Shown one piece after another: positions 11,791-23,500 of a stretch of DNA of 64,000 nt. The notes under the pieces were generated by a model, which was not told the DNA's origin, made no database searches, and worked only from the letters and a program-made list of their open reading frames with translations. The translations under genes and the position numbers were made by a program. The first letter of the stretch is position 1; every line of letters starts with the position of its first letter. Source of the stretch: Antechinus flavipes (taxonomy: Eukaryota); assembly GCF_016432865.1 (NCBI RefSeq), contig NC_067400.1, positions 612,994,001-613,058,000 on the forward strand, read 5' to 3'.

Positions 11791-12340
11791 CCTCCGGAGG
11801 TGGTGGGGACCGAACGAGCCGACTGGGAAGGGCTTAGCCCGCGCCTGGTGCACAGCAGCACGATGCGCATGTTAGCTGTTAGGAGCTTTCGCGCCCTGAA
11901 TTCCAGGTCCGGACCGTCAGCGCCGGGGGCGCGCGGTCTGGTGTTACAAGCAGCGACCATGTCCGGCCTGTTTGGCGCGTTCTGGGCTCGGTTTGATGGG
12001 GGGGAGGGGGGGACGGTCTCCGCTCAGCCCCCAGTCCCTTTTCCTGTGCGGTTTCTTCCAGGGCGGGGCTCACAGCTCCCTGGGCCGCCCCCCAGCTCTG
12101 GACCTGTAAGTCCCGGGGGCCCGAGGAGGGCTGCTCCCCAGGGCAGTCTGAGCAATAGGGACACGGTGACAATGAGGGCTGAGGGGAGCGAGTGGGGGAA
12201 GGGGATGCCCGCCGCCCCCCTGCCGGGGATGACGGCTGCCCAGAGGAGCTGGAGGCAGCGTGAGGCACGGGGAGGGCCCCCGGGGGGCGGTGCCTGAGCC
12301 ATCTCCTCGCCCTGGTCCCTGAGCAGTGGTTTCTTCCCAG

Positions 12341-13564
12341 GGGACCAGCCTGGGCTCCGCTCCTGGGCCGGAGCCAGAACCGGGGCCGCCCGTGGACCTG
12401 AGCTCCCTGCCTGTGGAGGTGTGGCTGCAAATCCTGATGCACGTGCCCCCCCGGACTCTGGTGACCCGATGCCGGGCCGTGTGCCGTCAGTGGCGGGCAC
12501 TGGTGGATGGACCAAGACTATGGCGCCTCCTCTGGGCCCAGGCCAAGGATGCTCCAAGCCAGGCGCTGCTTGTGGCTACTCACCGCTGCCCGCCTGCCGC
12601 CAGGCCCTGTTCCTGGGCCCGCCTGGGCATCCTGGGGCCCCTGGCTCGGAACCTGCTGCAGAACACCTGCGGGGAGGGTGAGTGAGCTCCGGGGGGCGGC
12701 CCCCGCGGCTTCTGCAAACCCCCCCCCGCCCCAACCCACGCCCGCCTCCTTGGTGCCCACAGAGGGGTTCCGCAAATGGAAAGTGAAAGACGGCGGAGAC
12801 GGCTGGAACGTGGAGCGGAACCTGAGGCCCGTGCCCGGGGCCCCGGCCCAGACCTGCTTCGCATCTTCCTTCAGGTGAGTCCCCCCCGAGTCACCCCCCC
12901 TTGAACCCCCTGCTTGGGACAGCGGCCGTCACTGGGGCTCCCTCCCCAGGTGGTGCCAGAAGCGGCAGGTGGTGAACCTTCTCGCCCAGGGGCTGTGGCC
13001 GGAGCTGCTGGACGACCCCCGCGCAGAGATCCACGTCAGCGACTGGTCAGTCTCCCACCTCCCCTCACAGGCCCCGGGGGGTCAGTCTTGGTGTGGGGAA
13101 CATAGACTGCCCTGCGGGGTTCTCCCCTTCCCTACAGGTGGGGCGCCCGAAGCGACTGCGGCAGCCAGTACTGGCTCCACGTCAGACTGGTGGCGGCCAA
13201 CGGACGCACCGTCCTGGCCAGGTTTGATGCTGAGCCCGAGCCCATCCCCTGCCCCAATGACAACCCCTACCTGCAGGTGCGCCCTCACAGTGAGGGGAGG
13301 GGGGGAGGAGGGAATGAGGGGGGGAGGCAGGAGGAAGTGGCGGGGTGGGGGGGAGAGGCAGGAGGAAGCTGAGGGGGCCCCAGGAGCTCCGGGCCCCAGC
13401 CCCCCATTCACCCTTTGCAGGTCTCCCACGTCTTCACCAACTTCCCGAACGGCGTCCGTTACGTCATTTTTGAACACGCCGGCAAAGACACCCAGTTCTG
13501 GGCCGGGCACTATGGCGCCCGCGTCACTCACTCCTGCGTCAAGGTCTACTTTAGGGCCCCCTGA
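12341..13564 (+). CDS. FBXO27: F-box only protein 27/17-type glycoprotein-binding F-box protein (F-box + FBA domain); N-terminus uncertain
   Basis: Exons 12341-12677, 12763-12874, 12950-13045, 13138-13276, 13421-13564 (TGA), all GT-AG and in frame. F-box [41 protein letters not shown] motifs [33 protein letters not shown]. Candidate starts: ATG 11959 (exon to 12105), ATG 11415 (exon to 11492) or CTG 12350. FBXO27 vs FBXO17 is not fully resolved. Confidence 0.85.
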
Positions 13565-13762
13565 CGGCCCGGGACCCTGGGGAAAGCCACACACACCCCC
13601 TCCCCTCCGGCGCTTCCCTCCCTCCCCTCAGCACACTTCCCCTCCCAAGGGAGACCCCCGTTCTGCTCGGACCCTCGGAAAATGAACCAGGAAGGGGAGG
13701 GGATGGTGGAGAAAATTAAGGGGGTGGAGTAGTGAGGGAAGCGTGCTCAGGGCAGGCCAGTA

Positions 13763-13768
13763 AATAAA
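13763..13768 (+). terminator. PolyA signal of the F-box gene
   Basis: AATAAA ~200 nt after the stop codon. Confidence 0.7.
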
Positions 13769-13849
13769 TGTTCAATTATCAAATTAAACGCATCTCTACC
13801 CGGCGATGCAAAGAGCGGCAGGGATTGCACACGCAACTTCCGTTGGGCC

Positions 13850-13955
13850 CATTTTGGGGGTTAAGTGACTTGCCCAGGGGGTCACACTGCTAGGAAGTGT
13901 TAAGTGTCTGAGGCCGGACTTGAACTCGGCCCTCCCGATTCCGGGGCCGACGCTC
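13850..13955 (-). mobile_element. Marsupial CORE-SINE (MAR1/WSINE-like)
   Basis: GGTTAAGTGACTTGCCCAGGGGGTCACACTGCTAGG...GGACTTGAACTC signature. Confidence 0.7.
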
Positions 13956-15933
13956 TCTGCGCCGGGCCCCCAGCTGCCCCCAAGGACCCTTTTAAAACAT
14001 ACATGTTAAACTGTGGCCACGACCACCAAAGTGCCGTTTGCCTCTGCCCCCTCACAACGTCTTTCTGCCCCGACTCTGCCTTTTGTTTGCTGTTTGATTC
14101 ACGATTTCTTTTCTGCACGGGCCGGTCCCCGGCCTTCCCTTCTCAACAAACAGGCACCGTGGTGTTGCTAACCAGCCCCTTCGTTTTGAGCCACATAGCT
14201 AGACACGCAGGTGGGTTTCTGCTTTAATAAGCTTTTATTGAAGAGAGACACAATGCAGCCAGTATTGCAACGGGCCGCAGCAGCCGGAGAACAGAGCGGC
14301 CTTTCAGAAGTCAGGTTTCAGGGGACACCAGACACAGACAAGCCTCCTGTCTCCAGATCACGCCCTCTGACCTTAGGGATCCCCTGGGGCTCTTTCCCAA
14401 GCTTCTCTTCTTTCTCCACACTCCCTTACTTGGTCAAACCCCAGCTCCCGGGACCTATTTGCCAAGCCCAGGCTGAGAGCTCTCCAATCTCCCTTTTCTG
14501 CCCCAGACTCCCCACTGACCCGCAGGTTGCAGCTCCAGCCGCAGGCCAGGGAAGAGTCTGCAAACGGAACCTGTCCCTGTCCCCCCAGCCCCTTCCCTCT
14601 CACTGGAGAGGTAGCGCCTTCCTCCTCCCGCCACGTCCCCAGTCTCCGTATCCCAGGTCCCCTTCTCTGCTGGCGCTGCCAGGGCCCGGTGCTGCCCCCA
14701 CCAGCCCAGGCCAGGATCATCCCGATCCCTTCTCCAGACACTGATGGGACTGTCCCACCTCGGCCCTCCCCGGGCGGCTCCCTATCACCTCCAGGATCCT
14801 CTGCTTGGCACTTCAGCCCCTCCGATTTTCCGGGCCTCCTTAAGGCCATCCAGAATCCCACTTTCCACAGAAGCCCCCCCGCCTCCCTTCTAAGCCTTTC
14901 CTATTTATCCTGCATAAACGTGCTTGCTTGGATCTCCCGTTAGGCTGTGAGCTCCGGGGGGCAGGGCCGGCACCGATGGACCAGCCGCCCCCCGAGCTGC
15001 TCATGTGCAGGGAGGCTTTGTCCGCTCGTCTCTGTCCCCGCCTGCCCAGCCGAGCCCGAGAGCCTGAGGGGCTCCCATCTGGGAGCTTTCAGAGGCCGGG
15101 CTGGCCATGACAGAGCAGGGGTGACAGGGACTTCTGGAAAGTCCCACCGGCAGCCCGTTGGGTAAGATGGGAGGGACACAGCTCGGGGGCAAGGGCAAAG
15201 GCGTGGGCCGGGCCGTGGCCGGACCAGGAAGGGCTGCAGAAACCTTCGGGAGCACTGCAAGGTGCCAGGAGGAATCAGGAAGTTTGGAAAGGGGAGAGAA
15301 GCTGTTGATGGCCCCTTTCCGAGCCTGCTCTTCCTGCGTGCCCATCCCACACCAGGCAGCCCAGCCCTGAGCTGTCCCCAGGGACACCCACAGTCCTCAG
15401 CTGGTCGGGGCCGGGGACAGGCCCAGCAGGAGGAAGTGGGGAGTGCTCCGGGGCGACGCCGGGAGGAGGTGGGAAACGCTTCCTCCAGGTGACCCCAGGC
15501 GCTCCAGGGTCACAGCACCGCACCCCTGGGCCCCCAGGCCGTGCCGGCCTCTTTGCCGTCCCCGTCCCCCGGCTCATACCCCACTGGGGACCCCCCACTT
15601 CTCCAAACCGCGCCCATTCTCCCAAGGTCGAGCCTTCCTGGGCCAAGCCCAGCTCCGCCCCCTCTGAATCCAGACTTGGGCCTGAGCCCTTCACTGAGCT
15701 CCAGGAGCAGCCAGGATCTCACTTCCCAGGTAAGCGGGGGCTGCCTCCGCTGGTCCTATGTCCCCTCACGCCCCCATCCAGCCTGAAAGCCCCCTCTCTG
15801 GGCCTCAGTGCTCCTCACCTGTAAAATGGGGGCAGCGCCTGCCCGGCCCATGTCCCGGGGCGACCGCTGGGGCAGAAGGAGAGAGAAGCACACACAGGGA
15901 GGGTCGTACAATGGTGTTATTTGCCCCCGGCCC

Positions 15934-18900
15934 CTACCGCTTCTTCTTCTGCACGTGGCCGCAGTCGTGCTTGCCCCGCACCACCTTGAGCTTGATGCCG
16001 GGCAGGTCCTGCGTGCGGCCCCCCTGCACCAGCACCACATGGTGCTCCTGCAGGCCGTGGCCCTCGCCCGGGATGAAGCAGACGGCCTCGCGGCCCGTGC
16101 TCAGGCGCACGCGGCAGCACTTGCGATTGGCCGAGTTGGGCTTCTTGGGCTTGCGGATCATGGTCTTCAGCACCACGGCCTTGAGCTGGGGGCAGCCGTT
16201 CATGGGGCCGGGGCCGGCCAGGGGCCACTTGGGGCGGCCCTGCCGGTGCATCTGGTTGAGCGTGGCCATGGGGCGCTGCAGGTTCCGCTGCATCTCCAGG
16301 GCCAGGCCTAGAGCTGGTGCAGGAGAAGGGGAGGGAGGTCTGAGTGAGCCCTGAGTCCCCCTGCCCCCCAATGCCCCCCTCCCCACTCCTCCCCGCCCCA
16401 AGGGGAGCCTGTTACACCCCGGCTCCTCCGCCCCCAAGTTCCCCTTCGTTCAAGCTCTGCCCTTGGGACACAGAACCAACCTCCCACTCAGGGACGCTGC
16501 AAAGGGGCCCCGAGATGAGCCAGAGAGTCTGACCCTCTGCTATTACTATTACGGGCTCAATCAACAAACAGGAACAAAAGAGAGGCCTGCATGGAATCGT
16601 GGCCTCCGGCTACGCGTGACGGGGGTGTGGAATGACATACACAAGAGCAGAACCCAGGAGAGAATTTATACAGCGGCTGGAGCAGCAGGAAGGATGATGG
16701 GCAGTGACCTCAGAACTCCCATCCCGGCTCTGAAAGTCAGAGCCCCCCTCCTCTGGGCTCCGGGTGGGCCGATACCTGGCCGACACCCCTTCAGTTAAGC
16801 TTATTGGTGATGCAGGAGGGTGTCCACGGGGGACTGGGAGGGCTGCGGGAAGGGGAAGCCGCGAGAGTACAAGCCACATTTTAAAAACGCAGAGGGAAAT
16901 GCAAGCAGGGCAACTTTGTTACTGCCGGGTTAAATGTGTGGTTTGCTTTTAAAAAACAAACACAGTCCCTGTATTTTACTGGGGCCCGGAAGCTCAGGGG
17001 TGGGCTGCCCGAGGTCTCACAGGTAGCGACAAAGCCGGGAGTCAAACCCTGAGTTACAGATCCAGCCTTCTTCCTACCGGGCCATGCTTGGGCTTGGAGT
17101 CCCACGTCAGAGGATCGGGGCTCAAATCCCACTATTTACTACTTATCTGACTGAGAATAAGTACCTTGCCTCAGTTTCCTCATCTGGAAAACGAGGGAAG
17201 GGATGAGACAAAGTGTCCTGGGAGGCTCCGGGCTCTCCACCCAGGATCCAAGCTGATCCTCAGCTTGTTTTTACTAGAGTCCGGTCCTCCAACAGTCTGA
17301 GGGACAGTGAACTGGCCCCTATTTAAAAAGTTTGAGGAGCCCTGTAATCTAAGCCCCTCAGCTTGGCTGTTTCCAGCCCCCTGGCCACACCTGCAGCTTT
17401 CCTTCGGCTCAGGCTGCTCCTCGTCATCTGGCTTCCAGCCTTTAGGAAGTTTTCTCCAAACCAGGAAAACATTCTTCTCTCGCCTCCCACCTCCTCTGGG
17501 GGACACTCCCTCCCTCCCCTGGTTGGAAGCTGGGAGGAGATCCTACCCACTGGCAAAAGTGGGGATTATTTCATTCTTTCTATTTATGTCCCCAGCACAA
17601 GAGCATCATCGTGAGAACTTTAAAAAATACCCAATGATCCACTCAAGTGCCTCCTCCGTGACTCCACCAGCGACTCTTAGAGGTAGCCGGGGGTACAAAG
17701 GATAGAGTGCCGGGAAGACACCCAGCTTCAGACTCATACCAATTGTGTGCCATCAGGCGAGTTAATTTCCTCAACTGTAAAACGCATGACACAGTCTCAG
17801 CTGGGCTCCCCCTGCCACCAGGTAATCCTACTCTGTCTCCCCAATCATCTCACTCTCCCATTCTCCACAGCGGTTCTTCCAAACCATTCCATCGCCCCTC
17901 CAATCTCCCAAGGTTCCCTCTGCCCCTCATCATCTAGATGGAAAACCTTGTCTCGTTTCACAGAAAAAATTCAGGCCATTTCCTGCGAGCTCCCTCTTTC
18001 CCCTTTTTCCTTATCTCCTATCACTCAGGTGCCTTCTGCCCCTCTCTCCTTCCCCTGCCTCATACGATGAAGAGGCCCCCTCCCTTGCCAAGGCTGACCC
18101 GTTCCTCATCCGCGTGATCCCATTCCATCCCCTCCCCCACAGACGGAGCCCCGAGCCCCTCCGTCTGAGACCGTCCTGTCTCCCGAGCACCACAATCCCT
18201 CCCTGTCTGCTGGCTCCTTCCCTCCTGCCTACAAACACCCCCATGTCTCCCCAAACCGGAAAAATCCCTCGTATGATCCTTCCGTCCCTGCCAACTACGG
18301 CTCTCTCTCTCTCCTGCCGTTTGCAATTAAGCTTCTCGATAACAGGAGTCTCTGTTTCCTCTCCTCCCTCTCTCCTCAGGCCCTTACAGTCTGGCTTCGC
18401 TCTCTCCAAACCCACGGATTCGTTGCCAAATTGGTCGCCCGCCCCGAGCCTCCCCCCACTCCTCACTCGGTCACCAAAGAGCTTTTCCTAAGACTCAAGT
18501 CTGAGCACATCACACACGTCTGTCCCCCTTTAGTCGATAAACTCCAGAATTAAACAGAAACGCGTCCAAACCTGCGCCCTCCTACCTCTTCCATCCTCTC
18601 ACCCCTCGTTCCCTAACAAAACGCAGGCTCCCCAGATGGGCCTTGAACAAGACTCTCTTGGCTCTGGGCATTTTCTCTGGCTGCCCCCCACGCCCGAACT
18701 CTCTCCTTCCTCCCCTGTGGCTTCTTTTAAGTCCCAATGAACATGTCCCCATCTACAAGAAGCCCTCCCTCATCCCTCTTTATCCCAGTGCCTCGCGTCT
18801 TTAACTGTTTCCCATGGATCCCCTACATAGTTTGCTTTGCATTTATTTGGTGATTTCTCGTGCTCCCCATTCGATTTTCAGTTCCCTGGGGGTAGGAACT

Positions 18901-19780
18901 GTCTCTCGCCTCTTTCTGAACTCTTAGAGCTTAGCGGCGACTGGTACATATCGGATGCTTATAAATGGTGCTTGATAACAACGGCCCCTCCCCGGCACGG
19001 CCATTATGAGAATGGAATAAAATACTATTTGTGAACAGCCCTTTGCCCTGCGCCTTAGTAGGTGGCCCGCAAAAGCTCATCTTTCCTGTCTCTGTCCTTT
19101 TCTTATCGTATACACAAAAGCTACGGGCACCTTCCGAACTATGCCTTTTTTTTGCAGAGGCAACGGGGGTTAAGTGACTAGTCCAGGGTCACACAGCGGG
19201 GAAGGGTCAAGTGTCCAAGGTCACATTTTGAACTGACTTCAAGGCTGGTGCTCTACCCACTGCACCACTAGGCCGCCCCCAAACTATACTTTTAAACAAA
19301 TGCTGGGGGGAGAGAGAACTGGACACAGAGATAAGATCCTAGCTCTGCCACTTGTGTCTGTGGGTATCGTCAGGCTTTCTGGATCTCTGGTTGCTCATTG
19401 GTTCATCAAGAATTTAGGGCTGCAGGAAAAAAACTAAAATGGGAACAGGCTCCGGCCTCCTAACTCTTAAATTCTATTGGGGATGTGACCCTAAGTCGGG
19501 GAAGTAAATATGAAACTTACACATTTGGGGGGGGGGGGAGGACACCTAGGGGGCATTTTCTTTTCGGAGCAATGGAGAGCCACAGAGAAGGAAGGGTGGA
19601 GGGTGGTACCAGGAGATCCTCAAGGCTAGTCCGTAACTTCTCCCAGAGGAGCAGCTGCAGGACTGGGTGCAAAGGGAGCCCCGGGAGTCTCAGCACCCCC
19701 TGCCCTTTCCCTCTTCCCTACAAATGCCTACCCCGGCCAAGGGAAGAGTTCAAACGGCTGAAGAGGCTGGAGAATGCCAT
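15934..19780 (-). CDS. MRPS12: Mitochondrial ribosomal protein S12 (uS12m), 142 aa
   Basis: Exon 19780-19732 ([16 protein letters not shown], phase 1) plus exon 16313-15934 with [22 protein letters not shown] and GGRTQDLPG, ending in TAG. UTR acceptor at 19809/19808. Non-coding exon donor at 20207/20206. Confidence 0.95.
17800..18990 (+). mobile_element. L2 LINE fragment (degenerate RT region to 3' tail) in an MRPS12 intron
   Basis: Degenerate ANY-SLLPF-KLL...PLQSGF motif of the L2 reverse transcriptase at 18280-18400. L2-type 3' tail (TTAGC...ATGCTTATAAATGG) near 18930-18980. Confidence 0.75.
19155..19280 (-). mobile_element. Marsupial CORE-SINE (MAR1/WSINE-like)
   Basis: GGGGGTTAAGTGACTAGTCCAGGGTCACACAGC...GCTCTACCCACTGCACCACTAGGCCGCCCC, the reverse of the tRNA-derived head. 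Confidence 0.75.
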
Positions 19781-20206
19781 CCTGACCTTCGGACGCTTTC
19801 TGGAGGACCTACGGAGAGAGAGTAGAACCGGGCTAGAGGAGCCCGGGCTCCTCCGCCCACCCAGATCCTTCCCCACCCGGGAAATCCTCCCTGCACTCTG
19901 GCCGCAGGCCTTGGGCTCCCACAGGAAGTCCCTCTCCCAGATGAAACTGACCAGGCTCCCAAGCGTGCTCCTGCCCCGCCTCCACCAGGGAAGTCCTTTC
20001 TGCTGTCTAACCACAGGCCCAGGGCTGCACACAGGAAGTCCCTCCCCCAGATGAAAGTGACCAGGGTCCCAAAGATGCTCCTGCCCCTGCCGAGTAGTCC
20101 TCTCGGTCGTCTAGCCGCAGGCCACGGGGTTGCACTCAAAGTCCCTTCCAAAGCCTGGGTCGCCCCGAGTAGGAGCCCAGAGATCCCCGGAGCTGCCCGT
20201 TCTCAC

Positions 20207-20519
20207 CGTCTGAAGCGGGGTCAGATTGACAAGTCTTCCGGATCTTCCAGGAGCCCATTGGCTAGTTGCGACGGAACCTAGAAATGAACCAGCGATTAGA
20301 CGGGAAGGTTGTCAATCTGTCTTGTTAGGCTCATTTGATTGGACACCATCAGGCGCGTCTCTAAAGCGTCCCCGCTTCATGCTCTCGCTGGGCTCTTTTT
20401 TTTTTTTTTAAATTCTGGCCTTTGATTGGCTAATATAGAAGGAAGGCGAATGGTCGCACTATGATTGGTCGCTGTCCCGAGAGGCAGGGCGGGAATTTCC
20501 ATATGACCCCGAATTCGAT
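20207..20519. promoter_or_regulatory. MRPS12/SARS2 bidirectional promoter with four co-oriented CCAAT (NF-Y) boxes
   Basis: ATTGG at 20257, 20338, 20425 and 20464 between head-to-head genes, in a CpG-rich context. Confidence 0.8.
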
Positions 20520-23500
20520 ATGGCGGCGTCCGTACCGCGGCGATTGCCGAGCTTGTTGCTTTGCTCCCTGCGAAGCGGCTGCCGCCCGCGCCGAGAGACG
20601 CCAAGGCCGTGCAGGGAAAGGAACCTCAGTAGCTCCGGTGGGGTCCCGGGCCACGCCCGAAACCTCCTGTACGAGCACGTGCGTGAGGGCTACAGCGCGC
20701 GCCCCCAGCTGGACATGGAGAGGCTGTGCGCACACCCAGAAGAGGCTGCGCGCGCCTTGGAGCACCGCAAGGGGGAGCTGAGACCGGCCGACCTGTCGGA
20801 GATTGTGAGAGCGCGTGCGCCCCCAAGCCCTCCGCGGGTGGGAGGGGGCCATGGTGGACTATAAATGGGGGCGTGGCTCGCATCCTCTTTGAGGAGGAGA
20901 GATGGGAGGGGGTGTCTTCCTCTAGGATACGAGCGGACCTCGATTTAAGCAAACTCTCGCTGTATGGAACTCAATGGAACCCTCCATCATTAAGCATTTA
21001 TTAGGCGCCTGTGAAAGCACAGATTTCATTCATTGATAGAGACACGAGCACTTGTATACATATTCAGAGCGGGTCCTTTATAGAGTTATGGATCCTCAGG
21101 ACAACCTCCTGAGGTGGGCAGGGAGGTAGTAGCTCCGGGCCTGCAGTCGGCCTCAGCTTCCTCCTCCGTAAAATGGGAACCATGACAGCACCGCCTCCTG
21201 GAGTGAGGATGGGACGATTGTAAAATACTTAGCACAGTGTCTGGCCCACAGTAGGGGCTTTCTCTGGGTTAGTGGGCGTGGCTGCTGCTGTGCCCGGCTC
21301 AGAGGGGTTTGTGACTCGGGGCGGCCCCGCGTTCGCCTGCTTCAGCCCGACGGCGTTGTGGCGCCCCCTCTGCCGGGGCAGGTTGGCGCTGGGCTCATTT
21401 CTCCTCCTAACGCCCCCCCCAGATTTCCACTTGGCAATCCCTGGGGAGTCTGCGGAAGGAGATCCGGACGCTGGAGGAGGAGAAGGCGGCCGTGGCCCAG
21501 CAGATAAAGGCTCTCGTGGTGAGTGCGCCGGCCCCTCTGCCCAGCGCTTCCCTTCGCCGGCCGCCCTCGCGTTCGTACCCGTTTGTCCTGGGGACCCTCG
21601 GGATGGCCGAGGGAGGGGTCCCTACATGTAGAACACTGCACGTCCCAAAGAGGCCGGGGGCCGCCCTCAGGCCTGGGAGGACCCGAACTCAGCCCCGGCT
21701 CCGTGCCCTGTGCCACAGGTGGTCGGGAGCCCCCGGCGTCGGTGGGAAGGCTCCTGGGTCGGGAGCTCCCAAAATGGGCAGATCCACTCTAAAACCTAAA
21801 TCGGGCGTGGGAAAGCAGCGGGGGCCAGACGGAGGGAAAGCAGAGACTGGGGGCTGGGGGGCCGGGGGCTGGGGGGCCGAGAACAGAGTCACGTGTTTGG
21901 GAGGAGGCAGAGTCGGAGGCTTTGAGCACACTCCTGTCTCCCCCATCACTCCTGGCTGCTTCCGAAGGAGCCCCCCCCTTCTCCTTGTATGGGGGGGGTG
22001 GGGGGGGCAGCATTTATTAAGCACTTCATGTAAATGCTGGGTGTTCACAAGCCTCATCCCTGGGCCCACTGGTTCCTCTGCCACCTCTTCTAGATGACGC
22101 CCGATGGTTCTTCCCACAAAAACCTCTGTTAAGAAATAACAGGCATTTATCAGGCACCTCCTTCATCCCGGGCACCAGGCTCAGGAGGTCTCAGCGAGGT
22201 GGACGCCCCCTCCCCCCATTCCCTCTCTCCTCCTCCCGCCCCCCCGCTCCCCCTCCTCCCCTCCCCCCCAGCTGATCCGCGCCCACCTTGGACCTCAGAG
22301 GCCCGGGGGCCTTTCCTGGACTAGGGGAAGGACCAGGACCCGGCCCTCGGGCTCGGAGGCCGCGTCTCCTCCAGCCGCTCATGACGACGCCATCGAGACT
22401 GGTCCCGTCCTGGGCTCAGCGAGGCCCGCCGGTCACGGGGCCTGGGCTCGGGCTGCAGGGCCCCCCTCTCTGTGGGCCGGGGACGCGGGAGCCCCGGGCC
22501 CAGGATTCTCTGCTTCTCTCCGCAGGACAGCCAGGGCACGGACTCCCTCCAACAGGTGGGGGTTTGGGGCACCCTGGTGGGGGGGGCGGCGGGCCCGGCC
22601 TGGCGGGTGGAGGCCCCCCCGGCTCCGGACACAGCTACGGGGGAAGATCCTCGGGGCCTCCACCCCAAGTCCCCCCGCATCCCCGCTGCAGGACCCCGAC
22701 TATCAGAGCGCCCGGGCCCGGGGAAGGGCCATCCGGACACGTCTGGCCGCCCTCTACGCCGACGAGGCCCACCTGGAGGAGCTTTTCTACACGCGAGCGC
22801 TCCGACTGCCCAACCAGACCCACCCCGATGTGGTGCGTCAGGGGTCACGGCAGGGGGGCCCAGGGCAGGCCCCCCCACGTCCCCAACCACCCCCTCTCTC
22901 TGCTTTCCCAGCCTGTCGGTGACGAGAGCCAGGCCCGTGTCCTAGAGGTGGTCGGAGAGAAGCCAAGTAAGCTGCAGGGCCCCCGTCCCCCCGGGGCCTC
23001 CGGCCTCCGTTCCGTCCGACCGAGCTCCCTACTCTCTTCTCTCTGCGTCCTGGCCCCTCCCCTTCTGTCCGTCTGTCCGTCCGTCCGAGCTCCCCACTCT
23101 CTTCTCTCTGCGTCCTGGCCCCTCCCCTTCTGTCCGTCTGTCCGAGCTCCCCGCTCTCTCCCCTCTGCGTCCTGGCCCCTCCCCTTCTGTCCGTCTGTCC
23201 GTCCGTCCGAGCTCCCCACTCTCTTCTCTCTGCGTCCTGGCCCCTCCCCTTCTGTCCGTCTGTCCGTCCGTCTGAGCTCCCCACTCTCTCCCCTCTGCGT
23301 CCTGGCCCCTCCCCTTCTGTCCGTCTGTCCGTCCGTCCGAGCTCCCCACTCTCTTCTCTCTGCGTCCTGGCCCCTCCCCTTCTGTCCGTCTGTCCGAGCT
23401 CCCCACTCTCTTCTCTCTGCGTCCTGGCCCCTCCCCTTCTGTCCGTCTGTCCGTCCGTCCGAGCTCCCCACGCTCTCTGCGTCCTGGCCCGGCCCCTTCC

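Noticed and set aside
14373-15830. Several 100-180-aa ORFs and isolated splice-like sites between the F-box gene and MRPS12 as an extra gene
   Set aside because: No recognisable domain, no consistent exon chain, and no gene expected by synteny. GC richness explains the ORFs.
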